From a virus (lineage: Duplodnaviria > Caudoviricetes), in the IMG/VR virus record IMGVR_UViG_3300028833_000075, positions 64,001 through 128,000 of that record: a stretch of DNA of 64,000 nucleotides, one strand, 5' to 3'. The number at the start of each line of letters is the position of its first letter. The stretch's first letter is position 1. Positions 41,486-51,077 of this stretch are shown piece after piece. The translations under genes and the position numbers were made by a program. The notes beneath the pieces were generated by a model. That model saw only the letters and a program-made list of their open reading frames with translations, had not been told where the DNA came from and did not search any database.

Positions 41486-41932
41486 ATGGAACGCAAGCAG
41501 ATCGAAATCTACACTGACGGCGCTTGCTCCGGTAATCCCGGCCCCGGGGGTTACGCCGCCATTCTCGTATTCGGAGAACAGAGGAAGGAAATTGCCGGAT
41601 ACGAATCCCGTACAACTAACAACCGTATGGAAATCCGGGCCGCCATCGAAGCAATCCGGAAGCTCAGGATGCCGTGCAACATCCTGATCGGCACCGATTC
41701 GCAGATCCTCATCAACACTCTTGTTAATTTGGACGAAATGCCTGCAAAAGGCTGGAAGACCAAGACGGGCGCTAAGAGAGCAAACTGCGACCTGCTTCAG
41801 GAACTTTATGCTGTAAAACACGATGGACAACATGAGATCCGGTACCAGTACATCGAAGGTCACAGCGGTAATACCTACAATGAACGCTGTGACATGCTAG
41901 CCAAAGAGCAGATTCAGCTCCATTCGAGGTAA
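41486..41932 (+). CDS. rnhA: Ribonuclease HI
   Basis: IYTDGACSGNPGPGG, TTNNRME, TDSQ, GHSG...NERCD. Confidence 0.95.
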   Translation: MERKQIEIYTDGACSGNPGPGGYAAILVFGEQRKEIAGYESRTTNNRMEIRAAIEAIRKLRMPCNILIGTDSQILINTLVNLDEMPAKGWKTKTGAKRANCDLLQELYAVKHDGQHEIRYQYIEGHSGNTYNERCDMLAKEQIQLHSR

Positions 41933-42046
41933 TCTTATGGAATACGAAGCTTATGAACCAGACCCAAATGACGAATACTACGACCAGATGTGTGAAGTTG
42001 CGTATGCAAACATGTTTAACCTTTTCTCACTAAAGGAGGAAGATGA

Positions 42047-42355
42047 ATGACTCTTGTAAACGAACTGTCTTGTCTAGGTTTAATCGTCCTGAGTTTTATT
42101 GCAGGACTAAGGTTGGACAACTACTACCGAACGAGGGCTGATGCAGAAAAGAAAGATGCCCTCGAAAGGCAATTTCTCCGACTGAGAGCTCATGCCGATG
42201 CGGATGACCCTGCTCGCCCTTACGGAGTTCCTCAAATGCCTCAGCCTATCCCGGTTTCCGAAACTCCGCAGCCGATTTCCCAGGAGTTCATGGACGAACT
42301 CAAAACGACCGGAAGGGCTAAGACATCCTTTCGTAAATCCGACCTGACTAAGTAA
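42047..42355 (+). CDS. Hypothetical membrane-anchored protein
   Basis: AAGGAGG RBS; N-terminal hydrophobic segment. Confidence 0.6.
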   Translation: MTLVNELSCLGLIVLSFIAGLRLDNYYRTRADAEKKDALERQFLRLRAHADADDPARPYGVPQMPQPIPVSETPQPISQEFMDELKTTGRAKTSFRKSDLTK

Positions 42356-42495
42356 GCCCAGCCTTGCGGCTGGTTTGGGAAATGGAATCGTACTCTGGTC
42401 GATTCTCTCAACATCTTAATCCAGAGCGCTGACGTGGATTAGCGTTGACCACGATTGAACTTGTTAAAATAATAAAAATATTGGAGGAAAAAACA

Positions 42496-42885
42496 ATGAC
42501 TATTACTTTTGACGGAAACATCGGTAAGGACGCCACCCTGCGCACTGTGAAAGTTGGCGGCGAGGACACTAAGGTTTGCTCTTTCTGGGTCGCGGAAAAC
42601 ATCAGCAAGCGCGACGGCTCCAACAAGACCCTGTGGCACAAGGTGACTATCTGGCGCGGCTATGCTGAGAAGATGGCTCAGTACCTGAAGAAGGGCCGCC
42701 ATGTGCTGGTGGAAGGCTATGCCGAGGCTAAGACCTACACCACGCAGGACAACCGGATCGTTCCCTACATCGACGTGCAGCCCGGCATCGGCGGCAAGAT
42801 GAAGCTGCTGGACAAGAACACCGCTGAGGAGGTTCCGCCGGAAGCTGAAGCAGCCGCTGACATGGAGACTCCGTGGGACGAATAA
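42496..42885 (+). CDS. ssb: Single-stranded DNA-binding protein
   Basis: GNIGKDA...WHKVTIW...YLKKGRHVLVEG; acidic tail. Confidence 0.9.
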   Translation: MTITFDGNIGKDATLRTVKVGGEDTKVCSFWVAENISKRDGSNKTLWHKVTIWRGYAEKMAQYLKKGRHVLVEGYAEAKTYTTQDNRIVPYIDVQPGIGGKMKLLDKNTAEEVPPEAEAAADMETPWDE

Positions 42886-42973
42886 TTTGACTTATAGCGG
42901 TCGGTCGTATTGACTGGCCGCTTATTTTTTTATTTTCACTGCATAGTTAAAAAATATAAGGAGCGTGATCGAT

Positions 42974-44056
42974 ATGCTAAAAGGTAAAACACTGACTGAG
43001 CTCGCAATGGAGCTCGACCGCCAGAACCGCGAGAAGAAGGACTACTTGCTGGATACCCGCAACCTCGTAATGGATGCTGACTTTAACGGTGCTATGCTGA
43101 CCATGCACGACGAGACCAATAACACAAACACGATTCTCGGAGTGAATGATATCGCCCATCAGCAGATCGGGACTGAACTGGGTATCCCTCGTGCCTATTA
43201 CGATAAGATGCGCAGGGAGAATCCTGACCTGCTCGCAGAGAATGTAAATACATGGTTCATGCAGGAACCCAAGGTTCGCATGGTACGCACCCTTGACGGC
43301 ACTGCCAGAGCTTTCCTGTCTGACAGGTACCGCCGGATCGACAATTACGATATCGCACAGGAAGTCATTCCGATCCTCAGCGATCTGAACGTCAAATTTG
43401 AATCTAACGAAGTGACTGACAGCCGCATGTACATCAAAGTAGTGAACGAACGGCTTACACAGGAAGTAAAGCCAGGTGACTATGTGCAGTCCGGCGTAAT
43501 TATCACCAACTCCGAAGTCGGACTGGGCCGTGTAACCATCCAGCCGCTTCTCTACCGACTGGTCTGTACAAACGGAATGGTCGTGAACGATATTAAGAGC
43601 GCTACTTCCCGCAGGCATGTTGGCAAGCGACTGACTGCTAATGACGGCTATGTGCTGTACGCTAACGACACTCTTCTTGCCGATGACCATGCTCTCCTTC
43701 TGAAGATTCGTGACACGATTAAAGCGGCACTGGACGAAGTTCACTTTACCAACTTGATCGAACAGATGCGTACCGCAAGTGAAGTGAAGATTGAAACTGC
43801 GCACATTCCGGAAATGGTACAACTTGCTGCTCCGCAGTTTGGCTTCACGAAGAAGGAGGGTGAGGGAATTCTCGATCATCTGATTCGTGGAGGAGATTTG
43901 TCCATGTACGGATTTGCTAATGCTGTAACCCGCTTCGCTCAGGACGTGACCTCCTATGACAGGTCCACCGAACTGGAAGAGATCGGGTACAACATTCTGA
44001 CAATGCCTGAACGTACCTGGAGAACCCTTCAGAATATCGAAACCTCTGTTGCTTGA
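42974..44056 (+). CDS. DUF932/DUF945-family phage protein
   Basis: RAFLSDRY.RIDN, NSEVG.G, RLVCTNGM, ANAVT. Confidence 0.75.
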   Translation: MLKGKTLTELAMELDRQNREKKDYLLDTRNLVMDADFNGAMLTMHDETNNTNTILGVNDIAHQQIGTELGIPRAYYDKMRRENPDLLAENVNTWFMQEPKVRMVRTLDGTARAFLSDRYRRIDNYDIAQEVIPILSDLNVKFESNEVTDSRMYIKVVNERLTQEVKPGDYVQSGVIITNSEVGLGRVTIQPLLYRLVCTNGMVVNDIKSATSRRHVGKRLTANDGYVLYANDTLLADDHALLLKIRDTIKAALDEVHFTNLIEQMRTASEVKIETAHIPEMVQLAAPQFGFTKKEGEGILDHLIRGGDLSMYGFANAVTRFAQDVTSYDRSTELEEIGYNILTMPERTWRTLQNIETSVA

Positions 44057-44137
44057 TTTACTGGCTGCCCCTTTACTGGGGTAGCCTTTTTTTAGCCAGT
44101 GCTTACGCACTGTTTTGCTTTTTGGTAGTTCACCCTT

Positions 44138-44224
44138 TCCCCATTACGTGATTTTTCGAATGGTCCAACCAGATTCGACAATGTACAATTTGGTGGGGAC
44201 ATTCGAAAATTTGCGTATAGGGAA
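44138..44224. promoter_or_regulatory. Divergent pair of the CATTCGA...GGGA promoter-like motif
   Basis: Minus 44138-44162 CATTCGAAAAATCACGTAATGGGGA; plus 44200-44224 CATTCGAAAATTTGCGTATAGGGAA. Confidence 0.6.
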
Positions 44225-44247
44225 AAAGAAAAAGGAGGAGCTGCAAA

Positions 44248-44544
44248 TTGGAAACTTGTTTTAATTATTGCGATCCAAACAAAGGATTTTTCAGTTCCGA
44301 TGAACGAAAATGGATCACCCGGATAAAAAAGCTGATTAAAGAGTACCCGAACGAAATACGTGTTATTGCTATGCCTGAAACAAACGACGGCTGTATTTAT
44401 GTACAACTGCCGACAGAGTGGCTGAAGATCCAGCCTAAACGTGAAGGACGGAAGATGACAGAAGAACAGCGTGCTGTGGCAACAGAACGACTGGCTCTTG
44501 CACGCGAAAAGAAAAAGCTGACGGAATCTTCTTCTGAAGTATAG
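44248..44544 (+). CDS. Hypothetical protein
   Basis: AGGAGGAG RBS, TTG start. Confidence 0.7.
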   Translation: METCFNYCDPNKGFFSSDERKWITRIKKLIKEYPNEIRVIAMPETNDGCIYVQLPTEWLKIQPKREGRKMTEEQRAVATERLALAREKKKLTESSSEV

Positions 44545-44972
44545 TGAAACACTGTAAAACTTTCTTCAATTTCGCGTTCCAGGACTTCGGACGATAATTT
44601 ATTCATCCAAGAGTCTGAAGAGGCTAATTTAATTATTTTTTTACAGTCAATTAATAGACTCCCCCGCAAGGGGGAATTAAGTCGCTTAACAGAAGCCGTA
44701 CAGAGATACGGAGCGGGTGCAACTCCTGCGAGCGGCTCCATACATCCTGAGAGACTGAAGCTTAACAGAATCGCTGGCTGAGCAAGCCCGTCGTGTTGGA
44801 CATGCGGCGACGTTAAAATCCCACCTCCTTTCTGTGCAAGGAATACATTTCTGTTTTGTAAACAGTCGGCTCTTCTTCTCGGACTGAAATCTGTCGCAGG
44901 CTAGTATTCCTGAGCGGTGCAAGTTGGGGATCTTTTGTACAAGATAGTTCAGTTAATCTGGAAGAGCAATAT

Positions 44973-45050
44973 GCACCCTTAGCTAAGTTGGTCGTAGCGG
45001 CGGCCTTATAAGCCGTGTCATTCAGCTGGGTTCGAGTCCCAGAGGGTGTA
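44973..45050 (+). tRNA. tRNA-Ile(TAT)
   Basis: GCACCCT acceptor, CGGC-CTTATAA-GCCG anticodon arm, GGTTCGAGTCC T arm. Confidence 0.8.
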
Positions 45051-45137
45051 CATACCGTCACATCCTTGCGGTATATAAATATGGGTGTCGGCAAGCAGGG
45101 CCAAACTGCTGCAGGTATGGTAATCAGGCATACCAAA

Positions 45138-45243
45138 ATACGAGTGGCGGAATAGGTGTAGACGCTGCGCGAGGTTGGTGACATTTTGCCATTAAATTGA
45201 GCGGGTAGCCAACTATGTGAGGTGCAAATCCTCACCTCGTATC
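45138..45243 (+). ncRNA. tRNA-like RNA with aberrant extended anticodon region
   Basis: ATACGAG/CTCGTAT acceptor, Leu-type D arm TGGCGGAATAGG..AGACGC, T arm GAGGTGCAAATCCTC, no standard 7-nt anticodon loop. Confidence 0.55.
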
Positions 45244-45247
45244 TTAT

Positions 45248-45319
45248 GGGGCATTAACGCAATGGTAGCGTATCTGCTTTGCAAGCAGAAGGTTAAGGGT
45301 TCGAGTCCCTTATGCTCCA
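45248..45319 (+). tRNA. tRNA-Ala(TGC)
   Basis: GGGGCAT acceptor with G3.U70, TCTGC-TTTGCAA-GCAGA. Confidence 0.9.
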
Positions 45320-45700
45320 CGACAGGAGAGTGTGTTCAGGAAGCACAAAGACTGCAGTGGAACTCTGCAGCTTCTGTTTATTTTAAACCGAGTGTCTGGG
45401 GCAGAACTACATATCCTCAGCCGAAACGCACAAATACTCTTGCCCAGTGTAGGGGTAGGTGATCGGAGCCACGCGGTGGGCCGACACAAAGAAGAGAGTT
45501 GCCGGGTTTACATTCCTGCGGTTTACCGGCGAACCTTTCTGTGGAGTCAAAACGAATATGAAGTAGTAAGACAGTGAAGCAGAAAGATCGGGTAAGCTCC
45601 GATATGTCTTATAAATAGCTCAGCAGGATTTATAAGATGAACAGCACAGCTTGGGTTGATAATTATGGCTGACGTTGCCGACTACGACAGTGTCGGTCTT

Positions 45701-45774
45701 CGAGGTGTAGCGCAGCTTGGTAGCGCACCTGATTTGGGATCAGGGGGTCGCAGGTTCAAATCCTGTCGCCTCGA
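45701..45774 (+). tRNA. tRNA-Pro(TGG)
   Basis: CGAGGTG acceptor, CTGA-TTTGGGA-TCAG, GGTTCAAATCC. Confidence 0.9.
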
Positions 45775-45885
45775 CTGTAACCGCCGATGAGTGTCGTACA
45801 TCTTGGCCAGTCTTGCAAAAGCAAGTGGGCGGTATATAAATCGAACTCCTTATCTATGTGTAGGTACGACTGCACATAGCTGTAT

Positions 45886-45968
45886 GCGGATATGACGGAA
45901 TCGGCAGACGTTCGAGACTTAAAATCTCGTGCTCCATGAGCGTGTGGGTTCAAGTCCCACTATCCGCA
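45886..45968 (+). tRNA. tRNA-Leu(TAA)
   Basis: GCGGATA acceptor, CGAGA-CTTAAAA-TCTCG, long variable arm. Confidence 0.9.
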
Positions 45969-46282
45969 CTTTCCCTTGCAGAAACTCCATGACTGCTTAT
46001 TATCAAGGCCGTCATTTATATATAATAATATAATTAAACTTGTTTATCTTTTTGAGCAACAGAATGTATTATTATTACACTTCTTACATGACGTTGTAGT
46101 TACTTAATTGGTGTTACTATCACTTCCCATGTTAATGACAATGTTTGTTACTAAAGTTTCTGAATATACAAATGATTGGATTTCCAAAAGAATATTTAAG
46201 TTAAATATGTTACTACTACGGAGATGTTACAAGATTGGTATTGTTACTAAATGTATATTTATAATAATAAGCGTGAAAGGAT

Positions 46283-46522
46283 ATGAACGACATGCTGTGG
46301 ACTGACATAAACACAACGACTCCCCCTGAAGGCATACCTGTACTAATTCTATTTACCGAACAGTCTGATGCATACGCAAGCGATGTGGCGTATTTCTGTG
46401 ACGGCTCGTTCTACAACCTCAAACTGGATCCTAATCTCGGAGTGCTCCGCAAGGAGCATGTAAACAATGCTGTTAAATACTGGACAACTATCCCTCCTGT
46501 TATCGATCTTAAGACAGATTGA
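46283..46522 (+). CDS. Small DUF551-like protein
   Basis: W...TPPEG.PVL...VKYW..IP pattern. Confidence 0.5.
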   Translation: MNDMLWTDINTTTPPEGIPVLILFTEQSDAYASDVAYFCDGSFYNLKLDPNLGVLRKEHVNNAVKYWTTIPPVIDLKTD

Positions 46523-46559
46523 GAAGATATACATATAAATCAGCCGGTAGTGACAGGAC

Positions 46560-47065
46560 GATAAAGCAAACTTATTAAAATTCTTTTCTTTATTATATAT
46601 TATATTATATTATAAAGAAAGAATTCTAATTTATGTTCAATAAACTTACTTTAAATAATATTATTATCTTTATCTTAACTGTTATTATTGAATAACTAAC
46701 GTATTATTATTACCTCTGTATTTCAAATACTGTTTTTAAATAACTGACGTATTTATATTACCTCTGTAGTTTAACTACTTTATTTGGATTACAGAGGTTA
46801 TTTTTATTACCGTAATATTTCAATGACTGGTTTTATTATATTGTGTCAATTAAATTAGTGATTATTTTTTGTATTTGAGTAATGGAGGTAATAGAATAAT
46901 TCTACCACCGTTATTAATAATTCTACCACCGTTATTATTCAAATTTTATGAAGGTAATAGAGTAATTCTATACCACTGTTATTATTCAAATAATGGAGAT
47001 AATAGAATAATTCTACTTACTTACCACAATAAAATAATTCTACTACCGTTATTATTTAAAGAATG
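46560..47065. repeat. Very AT-rich tract with iterated ATAATTCTACCACCGTTATT / ATTACCTCTGTA motifs; candidate replication origin
   Basis: Tandem AATAATTCTACCACCGTTATT x2 at ~46895-46936, variants at ~46963, ~47006, ~47033; ATTACCTCTGTA twice plus inverted copy. Confidence 0.55.
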
Positions 47066-47103
47066 ACTGAAATTAAAAAATATACAGCCGCCGGGAGGAA
47101 AAA

Positions 47104-47313
47104 ATGCAATACTATTTCTTTAAAGGATACGACAACAAGAACAATGCTGTTGTTGCGTATATCGAAAGATACGGAGAGGATAACGGAAGAATAATTATCG
47201 AATACGGAGACAGAACAACAAAAGTATTTTCAGAACAGAGATACGGATTCGATACTTACGAAGCATATAAAACATTAATAGCGAATGGATATAGAGATTT
47301 ATACTTAATGTAA
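47104..47313 (+). CDS. Hypothetical protein
   Basis: GGGAGG RBS. Confidence 0.65.
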   Translation: MQYYFFKGYDNKNNAVVAYIERYGEDNGRIIIEYGDRTTKVFSEQRYGFDTYEAYKTLIANGYRDLYLM

Positions 47314-47422
47314 GTTCAGCCGCAAAATAAATTCAGCCGCCGTTAGGCGACTGTTTCTTTATCTACAGCTATTATACCTTAAAAAGCCTTATTTTACAAT
47401 ACTTGAAAGGAAAAAGAATATT

Positions 47423-47608
47423 ATGCTTAAATTTACAGACTATTCTTCTCCGGACGGACACACATATCTTAAATGCAAAACATGTAAACAAGAATTCTAT
47501 ATTGTTTCTGCCGCCGTATACTACAAGACAGTTTATTACTGTCCTTACTGCGGAGATCCCGCTAACAAGAAAAAGAAGATTAAAGACAGACAAGAAGAAG
47601 ATTATTAA
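47423..47608 (+). CDS. Small zinc-ribbon protein
   Basis: CKTC...CPYCG. Confidence 0.55.
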   Translation: MLKFTDYSSPDGHTYLKCKTCKQEFYIVSAAVYYKTVYYCPYCGDPANKKKKIKDRQEEDY

Positions 47609-47864
47609 ACAATTATATTTCGTAAAGAAAGTAGAAAAATAGGATGCAGGAAAAAGACTTAATCGGAAAGACACTTGCAAATATAGAGATCGACGGCTTT
47701 GGAGTTGAAATGCTGTTTACCGACGGAACTATGTTTATATACGACTCCTCAGACGGTGGATACTCAACCTGGACTATTTCAAAACAGCAAACAGAACACG
47801 ATTAACGACACAACAAGAACTGATTCTGCGCTAACGATAAAAGCAAGAAAGGTCAATAAAGTAA

Positions 47865-48164
47865 ATGGACATGGAGAAAATTATCAAAGGGTTAGAATGT
47901 TGTCTTGGCTATAACGATTGCGATGTTGAGCCAAATGAAGATTGCCCATATAAAGGGATGTGCCTATGTGCAATAGCTCTTCGTTTTGATGTCATCGCTT
48001 TGCTGAAAGAGCAGAATACGGTTGTCCGGTGCAAGGACTGCAAGATATCGAAACTGGAAAAAGTATTTAAAAATATTCCGACATCAACAGAAACAGTGAG
48101 ATGGTGCGAATTGATAAATCAGTATGTTGACGATAATTGGTTCTGCGCTGACGGGGAAAGGTGA
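47865..48164 (+). CDS. Cys-rich protein, RCKDCK...WFCADG family, copy 1
   Basis: VVRCKDCK...WFCADGER. Confidence 0.65.
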   Translation: MDMEKIIKGLECCLGYNDCDVEPNEDCPYKGMCLCAIALRFDVIALLKEQNTVVRCKDCKISKLEKVFKNIPTSTETVRWCELINQYVDDNWFCADGER

Positions 48165-48439
48165 TGGAGCAAATGAAGAAGATTACTTTTCTTGTGTTAA
48201 TGATAATCCTGCTGCTGATGTTATGCGGTTGCGACACGATGAGCAAAATAGGTGACAAGTCATATGAGAATAAAGCCGAAAGAACCAGATTTATAAAAAT
48301 TGAAACCTATGACAATTGTGGAAGTATTCTTGTAGACAGTGAAACGAACATCGAATACTGGATGTCAGAAGGTATATATAATCGTGGGACATTGACACTG
48401 CTCGTTGATGAAAGCGGAAAACCAAAGGTAAGAAAATAG
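48161..48439 (+). CDS. Small lipoprotein
   Basis: Hydrophobic signal with LCGC lipobox. Confidence 0.65.
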   Translation: MMEQMKKITFLVLMIILLLMLCGCDTMSKIGDKSYENKAERTRFIKIETYDNCGSILVDSETNIEYWMSEGIYNRGTLTLLVDESGKPKVRK

Positions 48440-48473
48440 GGGTATTGTGAACAAGGAAGGTCGGTGAAGTGGA

Positions 48474-48794
48474 ATGGATATTGATATTGTTAAACGATTT
48501 ATTTACGGGGCAAAAGAAGCCTACAAGAAAGTGGACAATCATTCATATAATTTTCCGATCACCATTGAAAGTGCGTACAGGCTTGCAACAAATATCGAGA
48601 CACTGCTGAAAGAGCAGGACAACTGTGAAAATTGTGCCATTGCTATTGAAGACAGACAGCCAGTTGTCAGGTGCAAGGATTGCAAATGGTGGCATGAATC
48701 AAAAACCAACAACGGATTTGGAGATTGCGGGCAGGCAAACGGAATCACATTGAAACCATCTGACTGGTTTTGTGCTGACGGGAAAAGAAGGTGA
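48474..48794 (+). CDS. Cys-rich protein, RCKDCK...WFCADG family, copy 2
   Basis: VVRCKDCK...WFCADGKR. Confidence 0.65.
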   Translation: MDIDIVKRFIYGAKEAYKKVDNHSYNFPITIESAYRLATNIETLLKEQDNCENCAIAIEDRQPVVRCKDCKWWHESKTNNGFGDCGQANGITLKPSDWFCADGKRR

Positions 48795-48801
48795 AGTGGT
48801 G

Positions 48802-49056
48802 ATGAGCGAAACACGGTTAAAACGCAAGGTGGAATTCATTGAGTCTTACTGGACTGGTGGCGAACTTGGATCAGATTATCAGTGGAATGATAATCACGGA
48901 GAACTAATCCGGTGCAAAGATTGCAAACATGGTTGTGGTAGAGAGCATGGAATGTATTTCCAATTTATCGAATGTGAAAAAACTGGCGCATTTCACAAGG
49001 AAGATTGGTTCTGTGCGGATGGAGAACACAAGGAAGATGAAAGTAAGGATGACTAA
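48802..49056 (+). CDS. Cys-rich protein, RCKDCK...WFCADG family, copy 3
   Basis: IRCKDCK...WFCADGE. Confidence 0.65.
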   Translation: MSETRLKRKVEFIESYWTGGELGSDYQWNDNHGELIRCKDCKHGCGREHGMYFQFIECEKTGAFHKEDWFCADGEHKEDESKDD

Positions 49057-49396
49057 TCAGGAAGCAATTAACATGATCCGCAACGACATGAAGCTGCATC
49101 ACGATTATTTAAGCGGAACATATAGAAAAGCTTTAAACATGGCAATTAGCGCTCTTGAAAATTCAATTCCAGTCGAACCTGTAGAAAATCCTAATCTTAT
49201 TCGAGGCGGCTGGATTGGAAGAGAGGCCGAATGCTGCGGAAAATGTGGTAATAACCTTCGGTTTCTTGCTAAATTTTGCGATAAATGCGGTACACCTGTA
49301 AAACGACAGGACATAGAAAGTATTAATCGATCAGCTTACAGAAGAACAAATAACACAAATCAAAAGAGAGCTTCAGGAAATTCAGAAATTAAGTAA
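49049..49396 (+). CDS. Zinc-ribbon protein
   Basis: CGKCG...FCDKCG. Confidence 0.55.
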   Translation: MTNQEAINMIRNDMKLHHDYLSGTYRKALNMAISALENSIPVEPVENPNLIRGGWIGREAECCGKCGNNLRFLAKFCDKCGTPVKRQDIESINRSAYRRTNNTNQKRASGNSEIK

Positions 49397-49500
49397 ATCA
49401 TCTATACATTACGATATCTCAATGGTTAATAAAATTCTGGATATTATCAAGAAATATAAGAAACAGAAACAATTTTTATTAGAAAAGCCAGAGGAATAAA

Positions 49501-49722
49501 ATGTTTACTAAGCCGGAATTAAAACCTTGCCCATTTTGCGGATCCACAAAGATTGAGCTCGAATATTACGACAAACCTGCTCCTTATTGGCAAATTTGCT
49601 GTAACAATTGCGGTGCATGTACCAGAAGAGAATATGTTAAATACGAATATGTAAATCAAGCTTTCGAAAGCATCGCAAACACTATTGAAAAAGTAGTAAA
49701 CGACTGGAATAAAAGAGTTTAA
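49501..49722 (+). CDS. Lar-family (restriction alleviation-like) zinc-ribbon protein
   Basis: ELKPCPFCGS...C.NCGA...WN.R. Confidence 0.7.
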   Translation: MFTKPELKPCPFCGSTKIELEYYDKPAPYWQICCNNCGACTRREYVKYEYVNQAFESIANTIEKVVNDWNKRV

Positions 49723-49935
49723 GCAGCCGAAGAAAAGTTCTCTGCGTTGTTGAACAAATCCTCCGGCTTGCGCCTGCTTAGGAGAGATGCCTTATGCCTA
49801 CCCCAGACACTGTTCTTAATGTTTTCTTTTGCAATGTGGGAGCCGTACTTTACATTCTTACGTTGCTTTTTCTTATCGGATACATCTGTTGCAAACTTCT
49901 CAACTGGATTGCACGCAAAATCAAAAATTACGGAG

Positions 49936-50286
49936 ATGAATAAAATGAATATTATTGTTGCAGGCGGCAGGGATTTCAACAATTATGATCTTTTATCTGT
50001 TACTCTCGATCGAATGTTTAAAAATATAAACCCTGTCATTGTTTGCGGAGAAGCTAGAGGCGCAGACTTACTTGGAAGACGGTATGCTATAGAGCATAAC
50101 CTGTCAATTCTGTCTTATCCTGCCAACTGGTCTCTTGGAAAAAGAGCAGGATTTATCCGAAACGAAGCAATGGCTAAAGTAGCAAACGGTTTAATTGCTT
50201 TCTGGGACGGAAAGTCGCATGGAACTAAACATATGATTGAAACTATGCAGAAACTTAATAAGCCAGTACGAATTATAAGATATTGA
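49936..50286 (+). CDS. SLOG/YspA-like (DUF2493) protein
   Basis: IIVAGGRDF, GEARGAD, AGFIRN, AFWDGKSHGTKHMI. Confidence 0.8.
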   Translation: MNKMNIIVAGGRDFNNYDLLSVTLDRMFKNINPVIVCGEARGADLLGRRYAIEHNLSILSYPANWSLGKRAGFIRNEAMAKVANGLIAFWDGKSHGTKHMIETMQKLNKPVRIIRY

Positions 50287-50294
50287 GGCGCTAT

Positions 50295-50570
50295 ATGTGT
50301 TATAAAACAAAACAGATTTTCTTCTGTATCGAAAAAGTTAAAGACATGCTTGATTATATCCACCCTGGCAATAACTGGAGAATCACATACGACATCCCGG
50401 AAAACGTGACGCTTACAGACTGGGATAAACAGTATCATAAACTGTTTGATAAAGAAGATTATTTCTTCATCTGGGAAGGCAATAAACTATTATATACAGT
50501 CAACGTGACTGGAGACAGCACATTAACAGCAATCCATGAACTGTTTACTAAACTTGCGGCTAAATTCTAA
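50295..50570 (+). CDS. Hypothetical protein
   Basis: ORF in dense plus-strand cluster. Confidence 0.55.
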   Translation: MCYKTKQIFFCIEKVKDMLDYIHPGNNWRITYDIPENVTLTDWDKQYHKLFDKEDYFFIWEGNKLLYTVNVTGDSTLTAIHELFTKLAAKF

Positions 50571-50579
50571 GGAGGAAAT

Positions 50580-51077
50580 ATGCCTAATTGGTGCGAAGGA
50601 AATCTTCGAATCCGCGGAACAAAAAAGAATATTGAAAACTTTCTGAAAAATGAAATTGTTTATGTAGTTCAGGACAAAAATGAATTTGGAAACTACATAG
50701 AAAAAACTCCTAATTTTGAAGAGGTTGAACACTATCTTACTATTTACGATTATAATGCTCATGACACCTACTACATTCGTAATACTCGCAGAAATTTCTT
50801 CTTTACAAACCAAATTGAAATTTACTGGCCAGATGAGGAAGATAACGGTGAAACGATCATTGTTCTTGACAATTACAATGTAGCCTGGAGTTTTAAAGAG
50901 CAAGGATGGGCAGAACATGCAACAAGATACAATCTGGATTTTCGTATGTTTGGATTCGAGCGCGGTGGACAGTTTTCTCAGATCATGACCGTTGCCAGAA
51001 ACGGCGATCTCAACATCGAAACAAAAGAATACAACGACTGGAATTGGGAATGTCCATTCCCAAATATGGGAGGCTAA
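50580..51077 (+). CDS. MPNWC-start phage protein (DUF1281-like)
   Basis: MPNWCEGNLRIRG; AAGGAGG RBS. Confidence 0.65.
   Translation: MPNWCEGNLRIRGTKKNIENFLKNEIVYVVQDKNEFGNYIEKTPNFEEVEHYLTIYDYNAHDTYYIRNTRRNFFFTNQIEIYWPDEEDNGETIIVLDNYNVAWSFKEQGWAEHATRYNLDFRMFGFERGGQFSQIMTVARNGDLNIETKEYNDWNWECPFPNMGG

Noticed and set aside
42977-44110. 377-aa minus-strand ORF (also 34886..35704 and 50523..51314)
   Set aside because: Antisense to well-supported plus-strand genes; no RBS or motifs
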